DNA of 64,000 bases from Minutocellus sp. GHC0000111 (taxonomy: Eukaryota). A program made the position numbers and the translations under genes. Below are positions 11,376-19,897 of this stretch, piece after piece. The DNA lies in the NCBI GenBank assembly GCA_977018835.1, contig OZ361256.1:1798001-1862000 (forward strand). Reading direction: 5' to 3'. Within the stretch, counting starts at the first letter, position 1. Every line of letters begins with the position of its first letter. The notes under the pieces are model-generated. The model was not told where the DNA came from and searched no databases. It saw only the letters and a list, made by a program, of their open reading frames with translations.

Positions 11376-12839
11376 ATGAAATTCCCAATTGCTTCGACCC
11401 TGCCTCTTGCTATCCTACTGGTGACGTCCACCAGAATGGCGCAAGCAACTGTGCTCGAATCCAACCCTCAGGATTGCATCTCGGCAGCCGACGTTGACGC
11501 CGACACCGACTACTTTCCTGACAAGTTCGTCCCTCATGAAACGACCGATCTCTTCGACATTTCTTACCACAAAACGTACAAAATTGTAACCAACAAGTTC
11601 CAGGACAAGTCATATCTTCTCTACCAGTGCGGCACGGAACCACCAGCAGATGAGGTGGCATCGGGAAAGCATCATCTGGTCATTTCTGTTCCTCACAAGG
11701 GCGGTCTGGCAATTACCCAGACGCCCCAAATTGCTCCGGTAGAGTTGCTCGGCCTGAGACGTGAAATTACGGCATATATCGGGAACCCAAAATATGTATC
11801 GTCTCCCTGCCTCGACTACATGATGGACGAAGAGAAGTCGCTCCCGGTCATCTTCTACCCCGAGGATCCTTGGAATTCGACTCTCAAGGAGGCTGGTACG
11901 GCCGAATATCTGGAAAACAATCCCGACGCCATCCTCTTCGCAGGACCAACTTCCGACGCCGACGCTGCTCATACCATGGCCATCGCGGCAAGTCAGGAAC
12001 GCACGGCCGTGGCAACGTTCGACTGGATCGGAGCATATGCGGCGTTGTTCAATCTCGAAAAGATGGCCAGCGACATCGTTGCCGCGACCGAGGAACGGTA
12101 CGACTGCTCGGCCAACAATGCCGCCGCGTTTACTGCCGATTTTCCCGAAGAAGAGAAGAAGACCGTTCTGTGGGCGCAGTACTTCAATGGATATGGCTGG
12201 TCTGTCGCCTACTGTCCTACTTGGGACTCAGCCTACTTTTGCGAGTATGCGGCTCACTGCGGCGCCAACATTATTTCCCGTCCTGATGGTCTTGGTACCA
12301 GCTATTCCTTCGGAAGCGAAACTCTGTACTGGTACCTATCGGATGAGGAGTTTCTGGAGGTGGGCAAGGATGCTGATTTGTGGATCTACCCATCCAAGTT
12401 ATTCCTTGACATTTACGAAGAGAAGAAGGAGCTCATGGACCAGTTCAAGGCAGTCATGGATGGCGAGGTTTACGACACTCAGGGCCAAGGTGAACATGCG
12501 TGGCAGGAGCAGAGACTCGCCGAGTACGATGTCGTTGCCTTGGACATGTGCTCGTTGGTTGGGAATGGCAACCCAAACCCGCCTATCCATAAGAGTCGAT
12601 GGTTCCGCAACATCTATACCCAGGCGGTTGGCTTCCTTCCGGAGTGCAATGCTCCTTCCGAAATTGACGAGCCCTACATTCCTGAACAGGCCGAATGCAC
12701 CCCTTTGGTCGATGACAACTCGTCGTCACCTCCTTCAGATACAGATCCCTTGGAGACTTCGTTGGCCAGCCTCATTCATTCGGGCATGTTGGCTTTTTCA
12801 TCTTCGTTTGTTGCTTTATTTGCGGTGATTGGGTGGTGA
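11376..12839 (+). CDS. CBA1: Cobalamin acquisition protein 1 (periplasmic-binding-protein-like B12 binder)
   Basis: Signal peptide; DYFPDK, ISYHKTYKIVTN, YLLYQCGTEPP, ELLGLR, YVSSPCL, W.EQRLAEYDVV.LD, WFRN; Ser/Pro linker and hydrophobic C-terminus. Confidence 0.9.
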   Translation: MKFPIASTLPLAILLVTSTRMAQATVLESNPQDCISAADVDADTDYFPDKFVPHETTDLFDISYHKTYKIVTNKFQDKSYLLYQCGTEPPADEVASGKHHLVISVPHKGGLAITQTPQIAPVELLGLRREITAYIGNPKYVSSPCLDYMMDEEKSLPVIFYPEDPWNSTLKEAGTAEYLENNPDAILFAGPTSDADAAHTMAIAASQERTAVATFDWIGAYAALFNLEKMASDIVAATEERYDCSANNAAAFTADFPEEEKKTVLWAQYFNGYGWSVAYCPTWDSAYFCEYAAHCGANIISRPDGLGTSYSFGSETLYWYLSDEEFLEVGKDADLWIYPSKLFLDIYEEKKELMDQFKAVMDGEVYDTQGQGEHAWQEQRLAEYDVVALDMCSLVGNGNPNPPIHKSRWFRNIYTQAVGFLPECNAPSEIDEPYIPEQAECTPLVDDNSSSPPSDTDPLETSLASLIHSGMLAFSSSFVALFAVIGW

Positions 12840-13164
12840 GAGGAGAGTCTTCTTTCGTCGCATTTTTAGGTTAAAAATGCCGGTAACTCTACCAGTAGAT
12901 CTAGATCTAGATCTAGGAATTTCTACATGTAGTGAAGAAATTTTAAAGGTAGGAAGATATCTCGTGCAATGGGTCTATATTATTTAGATCAAGTCAGTGG
13001 TGCATGTAAAGATACAGGAGCGAGAGCAAAGTAAACGAAAGATCTTGTTGTTTTCTCTCTTCATTCGTCCTCGCGATCGATTTCGTTTCTCGCGTGTGCG
13101 AGCTAGCTCGTTTCCTTCTTCGTAATCACTAATCCATCTTTGGTTAGTGACTCTATGAACTATC

Positions 13165-13178
13165 GGAGCACATGCTCC
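13165..13178. promoter_or_regulatory. Near-palindromic 14-mer GGAGCACATGCTCC about 200 bp upstream of the SHMT start
   Basis: One base from a perfect palindrome; same family as the 11149 and 18104 sites. Confidence 0.5.
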
Positions 13179-13375
13179 AATATTTTCGACGCTGTGTAAA
13201 TTTCTATGAACATTTCGGCTGGGCCGGCTCGCGTTTGGTCCGTCCGACTGTCCCGATTTCTGCGCTGTTTCCAGCCACTCGATTTTGGCGCCAAGCTCTC
13301 CTCTCTCTCCATCACCCATTTGAATTGCCTTCGGCATATTCGTCAACCGATATCTCCCTCCACCTCAACGACACC

Positions 13376-15240
13376 ATGACTTCCTTCAAGGATCAGGTGA
13401 GAACAATTCATGCTTGTTCCTTGCAATGGCGATCGCTTGCCAGAATTCTGTATTTTGAGCACAAGATGTGCTTTGTTTTCAGATTGCTCTCTTTCTTTGA
13501 TGTTGAGACCTTTTTCGTCACCCCGCCAGCTCTTCGCCACTCATAATCTTCTTGTCTCCCCTCCTCTCTCTACGTGTTTTCTGGCCTATTGACGTTGCCT
13601 CTGCTTCTGCTCTTGGATGGATATTTGTTGGCTTTTGGATTCTGATCTTAATCTTGATCTCGATTTCGATGCGTATCTTTTGGATGGATTGATCGGCTTC
13701 GGCGTTACTTGTCTGATTCATATTTCATGCACGACATACTGCGGTCGATGAATGAATCGATGGATGATTATCTATCATTGATGGTTGGAAATACTGCGCA
13801 ACGATGAAACAAAACAAACATGAACACGAACGCAATAAAAACAAACAGAAATTCACCGGCCTCGTCTCCCTCGAGGAGCACGATCCCGAGATGTACGACC
13901 TCATCGAGCAGGAGAAGCACCGTCAGTGGACCGGCCTTGAGCTCATCGCCTCGGAGAACTTCACCTCCCGCGCCGTCATGGAGTGCCTCGGCTCGGCTTT
14001 GACCAACAAATACGCCGAGGGCCTTCCCGGCGCTCGTTACTACGGCGGTAACGAGGTCGTCGATCAGATCGAGACCCTGTGCCAGAAGCGCGCCCTCGAG
14101 GCGTACGGCCTCGACCCCGAGAAGTGGGGCGTCAATGTCCAGCCCTACTCCGGCTCTCCCGCCAACTTCGCCGTCTACACCGCCCTGCTCCGCCCTCACG
14201 ATCGTATCATGGGCCTCGACCTCCCCTCTGGCGGTCACTTGACCCACGGCTTTTACACCTACTCCAAGAAGGAGGGCACCCGCAAGGCCGTCTCGGCCAC
14301 CTCGGTCTACTTCGAGTCCCTCCCCTACCGCGTCCACCCCGAGACCGGCCTCGTCGACTACGAGCAGCTCGAGCAGCACGCCGCCCTCTTCAAGCCCGCC
14401 ATGCTCATCTGCGGTGGATCCGCCTACCCTCGTGATTGGGACTACAAGAAGTTCCGTGAGATCGCCGATGCCAACGGCGCCCTCCTCCTCATGGACATGG
14501 CCCACATTTCCGGCCTCGTCGCCACCGGCGAGCAGTCCAGTCCCTTCGAGTACTGCGACGTCGTCACCACCACCACCCACAAGTCCCTCCGTGGTCCTCG
14601 TGCCGGTATGATCTTCTTCCGCAAGGACGAGCGTGGCTTCGAGGCCCGCATCAACCAGGCCGTCTTCCCCGCCCTCCAGGGTGGACCCCACGAGCACCAG
14701 ATCGCCGGCGTCGCCACCCAGCTCAAGGAGGTCATGACCCCCGAGTTCAAGGTCTACTCCCAGCAGGTCCGCGCCAACGCCAGTGCCCTCGCCGACAAGC
14801 TCACCTCCATGGGCATGAAGATCGCCACCGGCGGCACCGAGAACCACCTCGTCCTCTGGGACCTCAAGCCCAAGGGCATCACCGGATCCAAGTTCGAGAA
14901 GGCCTGCGACGCCGTCTCCATCACCCTCAACAAGAACTGCGTCCCCGGCGACCGATCGGCCGTCACCCCCGGCGGCGTCCGCATCGGCGCTCCCGCCCTC
15001 ACCACCCGCAAGTTCGTCGAGGCCGACTTCGAGCAGGTCGCCGCCTTCCTCGTCGAGACCCTCGAGATCGCCCTCAAGATCCAGGAGCAGTCCGGCCCCA
15101 AGCTCAAGGACTTCGTCGCCCTCCTCAAGGACAATGCCGACATTGCCGCCCTCAGGAAGCGAGTTCACGAGTTCGCCTCCAAGTTCCCCATGCCCGGCTT
15201 CGACCCCGCCCAGATGAAGTACAAGCTCGAGGATTTGTAA
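13376..15240 (+). CDS. SHMT: Serine hydroxymethyltransferase, cytosolic type; exons 13376-13396 and 13849-15240
   Basis: [56 protein letters not shown]. The 21-nt first exon MTSFKDQ splices (GTGAGA...CAG) in phase 0 to KFTGLVSL. No transit peptide. Confidence 0.96.
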
Positions 15241-15577
15241 ATTCATTTCCCATCTTGCAATAATGCAGGGTCGGGTTTCATCTTGGTCGCGCTACGTACG
15301 CAATTTTAAGCGAAAGTTAAGTTGTTCGATATCAATGTGAAGGGGAGGACAATATATAGAGGTGGGCTTTCATTGAAGTATAGAAAGCAGCTCCCACATA
15401 AGTGTGTCCTAACAGTATAAAATATTCTGAGGTTTATATTCATATTCATGTACCTGATAATTGCTACGTAGCTCTTGTATGTGCATCGCCGTTATCCGGT
15501 TAAACACTCTTATGTGATACCCTCCTATTGTTGCTAGCTACGTAGAGAGATACATCTAGTAGTGAAATTGAGGACAT

Positions 15578-17599
15578 CTAGTTTCGGAAGTGAAGGAACA
15601 CGATGAAAAATCCCACCGCCATGCCTCCTGCGATTTGAGCGACTCTGCATCCTACTCTCAGTTTCAGTGGAGTGGGCTGCATGCCTGTTCCTAGACTGTA
15701 TTCCTTCTTCTTTTCCAGTTTTACTCCAAGCAGTCCAGCCATGCACGCCATCGGCCAGCCTGCATTGGGCGACTCGCATTTCTTTCTGTCCGATATGGCA
15801 GTCTTCATGCCGTCACTTCCGCTACAACCCTTGACAAAGACTGCCGCGGATGCCAAGAGCACAGTAGTTATCCTCGCAGGAAGGATATTCAAGAGATCAT
15901 CGAAACGCGCCGATGCCTTGCCAAAGTATTCGTATTTGCCTCGATATCCGATGCGAGAATCCAAGGTATTGACGATTCTATAACCTAGGGTACCAAGCGG
16001 ACCGAAGAGTGCGTAAAAGAATAGTGGCCCAACAAATCCGTCTGACAAATTTTCAGACAGACTCTCCAATGTCGCACCGGCTAGTTCCTCTGCCAACAAA
16101 TCCGATGGGTCTCGGCTGCACAACCAGCAGAGCTGCGCCTTTGCATCATCTAGCTGCTTTCTTTCTAAAAACTTGGCCATTTGCAATCCAAGAGTAACGA
16201 GAAGCTGAATGGATAAAGTGCTTTTGACGAGAAGGAGACGAAGGACCCAGCCAATAAAGTCAAATAGTGGAAAAACAAAGGAACTCAAGTCGAAAGACGG
16301 TAGTATCAAGGTGACCACTTGCACAGCGTATTCAGATAGCCGCTCGGTCATTTGTAGAAAGACCCATCCCAATGAGGCAAACCCAGTAACCATCAATAAA
16401 AGAAGTACCGTTCCAGAAACGAATCCAAGAAATCCATTTTGATAAACTCGCTGGGGTACTCTGGAAAGTGTGGCACTAATGATATTCCCAGCAATAACGA
16501 CGGGGTGAAACAACAATGGCGGTTCGCCAAGATATCGATCCCAAAAGATTGCACCCAGGAGCAGAGACACACTCTCAGTAGAAATGAATAGATACGAGGC
16601 CAAAGTAAGCAAGATCCCCATAACCAGTACCGGCGGAGGAGCATTTGGTACCGGCATCATTGGCCTTGGTGGTATGCAAGGCCTTGCCCCTCGCAGTATG
16701 GCCCAGAACAAACCCGCAAAGCGATGGAGCATGTACCTGGGAAAGCTTCCATGCGTGTACCGAATGTTAATCATAATGGATTCCGACGTTGCCTCGTACA
16801 CGGCCTGCCCGACCATTTCCGCAAATAAAGTGTGTTTTCCTGCATGCTTTACCCTCCTTTTACCATCTGAGGAGGATATCAAGACACAGCAGTCAGTGCC
16901 AGTCCCTTGGGCAGCATCAGAGGGGGTCTTCGCACAGCCCACCGAGTGGTCGACACAAGCTCGGCACTTGGCTTCAATTGCCATTGCATACGCCTCTACC
17001 AAGGCTGCTGGAGTCAGATCTGCATTGGTAATGACGACTGTATTGATTGTCCCTGGTTTGATCGGGTGCTTTCCATCGTCGTCGCCATTTGCGTTTTCAT
17101 TGCTCTTGGCATCAGCAGTATCATCCTCGCTACTTTCTTCATCTTCACATAGAACAAACCAATCAGCGTCCGCACCGGCTGCGCGTGAATTCGATAGACC
17201 GGCCGTAACAATCACATCGACGTGGATGCCCTGATAACTTCGACTGGCGTTGGAAAAGGTCTTCATACTGGCCGCCGTCAGCAGTCCAATGATGTTGCTC
17301 TCGCTTGCGTTGGTCTGTTGTCCCTTTTGCAATCCCTCCCTGGTGGCAAAACCGCTGAGTAAATCCTGAGGCGATGGATCGTAGCCATTGTAATCGGATG
17401 GCACACGGTAGTTGAGAACACGAAGAGGGCCCTTGAGCGTCTGCTGGTGTCCTCCATTGAGAATTGCCGAGGAGACAGCCGAGTACGAGGCTGCTGATCC
17501 TTCGGCGTCCGACGAGGGCAGATCATATCGAACTCGTGTTTCATCGACCGAAATTTTCGTTCCCGTCGGGAGGATGAATTCTCTGGCTATCCCAGTCAT
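15578..17599 (-). CDS. cbiZ-cbiB: Fusion of adenosylcobinamide amidohydrolase CbiZ (N-terminal) and adenosylcobinamide-phosphate synthase CbiB (C-terminal); intronless
   Basis: CbiZ: VSSAILNGG, GLLTAASM, VTAGLSN, PGTINT, EAK, GTGTD, AGKHT. CbiB: D.YLGEP...HPVV..G, SRD, ESLSENLSDG..GPLF, YR.VNTLDS.IGY, FGK.SAR.DD.LN.LPAR, SPNAGWP.A.MAG.LG. Confidence 0.92.
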   Translation of the reverse strand: MTGIAREFILPTGTKISVDETRVRYDLPSSDAEGSAASYSAVSSAILNGGHQQTLKGPLRVLNYRVPSDYNGYDPSPQDLLSGFATREGLQKGQQTNASESNIIGLLTAASMKTFSNASRSYQGIHVDVIVTAGLSNSRAAGADADWFVLCEDEESSEDDTADAKSNENANGDDDGKHPIKPGTINTVVITNADLTPAALVEAYAMAIEAKCRACVDHSVGCAKTPSDAAQGTGTDCCVLISSSDGKRRVKHAGKHTLFAEMVGQAVYEATSESIMINIRYTHGSFPRYMLHRFAGLFWAILRGARPCIPPRPMMPVPNAPPPVLVMGILLTLASYLFISTESVSLLLGAIFWDRYLGEPPLLFHPVVIAGNIISATLSRVPQRVYQNGFLGFVSGTVLLLLMVTGFASLGWVFLQMTERLSEYAVQVVTLILPSFDLSSFVFPLFDFIGWVLRLLLVKSTLSIQLLVTLGLQMAKFLERKQLDDAKAQLCWLCSRDPSDLLAEELAGATLESLSENLSDGFVGPLFFYALFGPLGTLGYRIVNTLDSRIGYRGKYEYFGKASARFDDLLNILPARITTVLLASAAVFVKGCSGSDGMKTAISDRKKCESPNAGWPMACMAGLLGVKLEKKKEYSLGTGMQPTPLKLRVGCRVAQIAGGMAVGFFIVFLHFRN

Positions 17600-18103
17600 A
17601 ACGAGCTTTGGCTGGCGCTGACTACTCTACCAATTGGTATTCAGGTCGAACTCTCGATCTCGGCAGCACCAAAAAGCAAAAATGAGCGGCCGGTCGATAT
17701 CAAGCTCGAAACACAACAACAGATTGCCTCAAACCACTGCATAAATTGCTCATACAAAGAAAATCGCACAAAGACAGTGCCCAACCAAATGATTTCAAAT
17801 GCATTCGACGGGACCAACTAAAATCCGTCACTCGTGTGAGTACTTTTGTACCAAAACTCTACGAACGGTACACGAGAATCAACTTTTTGGCTGCAAAAAA
17901 AGCATTTCAATCAAAAATCGAAGAACCAACAAAAAATTCGGTAACCGAGGAAACTCTAGTTACAAGGTTGTTCGGTGAAAATCATGGTTTACCAACACTT
18001 AGAGTGATTTAGATAAACGGGACCAAAAAGAATTTTGAGGTCCGAGCCGGCATCGCCGGGACGATTCTGCTGTAGTGCAGCACAGACGCCAATGCCTGTG
18101 GCT

Positions 18104-18117
18104 GGAGCACGTGCAAG
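18104..18117. promoter_or_regulatory. 14-mer GGAGCACGTGCAAG in the cbiZ-cbiB / cobS-cobT bidirectional promoter
   Basis: Shares AGCACGTGC with the cobU/CBA1 site; about 180 bp upstream of the putative cobS ATG at 18295. Confidence 0.5.
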
Positions 18118-18294
18118 AGATTTGACGCGGACACATGACAGACCAAGATATTGGCGCTGGCCGGCTGGCCGCAGATTTTTGGATTCATTCATTCAACGAA
18201 GTCAAGGCAAGATCTTGATCCAGCAATCCAATTGTAACGAAACATAAGAACAGATTCTGCACTCTTCCTTCTCTGCTCTTCACGCAACAAAATT

Positions 18295-18826
18295 ATGACG
18301 TCGTCGACGACCGAGAACGGGTCATCAGGCGGCAACGCAAACTAACAACAACAACAATGTGTGTAATGGTGAGAGAGAGTCGCACCACCGTCCTCTCTCT
18401 CCTGGAGTCATCGAGGAACGCAATCAGAATGTCACCTCCCAGAAGGATCAGATCTCGGAAGAAATCAAGTCCTTCCTGTCGGGCGATGCTGCCCTCAGTA
18501 TCCGTTCGGAATTTCGCACCTTTTTCACCATTATTTGGATGCTGTGTTCATCACTCGTCTGCCCCCAGTCCAGCCAGGTGGAGTGGATCTGCATCCCGGC
18601 TTCTTGATGCGTGGCATGGCCTACTTTCCCATGGTGGGCACCGTGCTGGGCATCTTCTACGCGATTGCGTTGGATTTCTGCCACACATCGCTGTGGGCCT
18701 GCCAGGAGAGAGTGTGTCATCATCGCGCGCTTGCTTTTCTGCCGCGTGGCTGTTACCTTCGGTCGGTCTCTTCCTAACCGGTTGCTTTCATGAGGACGGA
18801 CTGGCTGACAGTGCCGATGGTATCGG
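18295..18826 (+). pseudogene. cobS: 5' part of cobalamin synthase CobS (start of the cobS-cobT fusion), frameshifted at least 3 times in this assembly and cut by a transposon
   Basis: Motifs are split over three frames: EFRTFFT / FITRLP...RGMAYFPMVG.VLG / LFLTGCFHEDGLADSADGIG. The last continues as GGWSK...IMTDSRVGTFG after the insertion. Confidence 0.8.
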
Positions 18827-19897
18827 CAAACGCCTGAAAACAATAATTTCAATTAAAATTAATTGCAATTAATTGCAATTGTTCAATTAATTGTGGCTTA
18901 GTTGGGAGCACCAGTCATTGATTGAGGTTGGTCCGAGTCACCTTCCCGTGGATTGCGTCACGATGACCTAGCGGAAACATTGATTTCCCCTCATTCCACT
19001 TTTTCTCCCTCGGTCGAAGCACGTGCGTATCGATTTGATTTCATGCACGCACTCGCTGACTTGGCTTCGGCGAATGTGAGGTGGTGGCCCGGGCTGGCAA
19101 TTCCTTGATACTCTCATCGCCCGAGTCCATCGACTAAAATCCAAGAGAACGAGCATCTTCTTTGGCTGTGCCCTCGGCACCAGCAAGATTCAGGCAAACA
19201 ACGGCCTCACGTCCGACCCTCACTTCGAGACCGGGGTTTCCAAGATCCAGCAGGGTGTTTCGTATGAGACTACCATGACTGAAGAGGAGAAGGATGCCTG
19301 CCGCAGCCTCCTGCTTTCGCCTGAAGACTCTGATGATGACGATGACTTTGATGAAGAAGATTTCCTGGCCACCGTTGAGCATGAGAAGAAGCGGAAGGCC
19401 AAGGAGGTCGCAAATGTATCAGACTACATTGATTGCGGCTTTATTCTTGGCAGCACTGCTGCAACTTGCGAGTCTCTGTGGAGCAAGGCTGATGAGATCC
19501 TCAGGAAGCGTCGCCAGGGAATGTCCCCCAGAACTCTTGAGATGATTCTCTTTCTCAAGGAGAACCATGACTTGTGGGACATCAAAGATGTCGTCGAGGC
19601 CAATCGTCGCCGCAAGGCTGCAAACAAAGAGTCTCGGGCTGCTAAAAGGATTGCAGAAGAGGAGGATAACGAGGCGCTTGCAACTGCCCTTGGATTGATT
19701 GCTACTGCACCTCCGGCCGAGGACAATCAGAACAATAATTGAACAATTAATTGCAATTGTTCTGGCAATTAATTGTAGCCAAGAATAAAACTATAACGAG
19801 TAATTGTGTTTAGATGCGCTATCTATGTATTTCAATTGATTATCTACACATTCAAAATCTCATCAAAAAAATAAAAATTATATTTTTCCAGGGTTTG
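18827..19897 (+). mobile_element. Non-autonomous (internally deleted) hAT-type DNA transposon, 1071 bp, inserted in cobS
   Basis: 8-bp TSD GGTATCGG (18819-18826 and 19898-19905). Imperfect TIRs CAAACGCCTGAAAACAATAATTT / CAAACCCTGGAAAAATATAATTT. Subterminal CAATTAATTG repeats at both ends. Internal ORF 19275-19742 resembles the hAT dimerisation domain (STAATCESLWS.A..IL..RR..MSP.TLEMILFLKEN..LW). Confidence 0.9.

Noticed and set aside
13804..13848. ORF-track N-terminus MKQNKHEH... for SHMT
   Set aside because: Lies in the intron; the MTSFKDQ exon with canonical splice sites is a better start.
13768..15246. 492-aa antisense ORF over SHMT
   Set aside because: Shadow of the extreme codon bias of SHMT; no domain.
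11054..18294. Cobalamin riboswitch in the cluster's intergenic regions
   Set aside because: No recognisable B12-box consensus seen by eye; an Infernal search would be needed to exclude it.
18820..19891. Transposon spliced out as an intron using the TTTTTCCAG acceptor in its right TIR
   Set aside because: The nearby donors I checked (G|GTATCG, G|GCAAAC, A|GTGCCG) are phase 1, while this acceptor needs phase 0; no in-frame product was found by eye.
19814..19897. ORF-track start of the 557-aa CobS/CobT ORF
   Set aside because: These codons are the AT-rich right end of the transposon, not the gene start.
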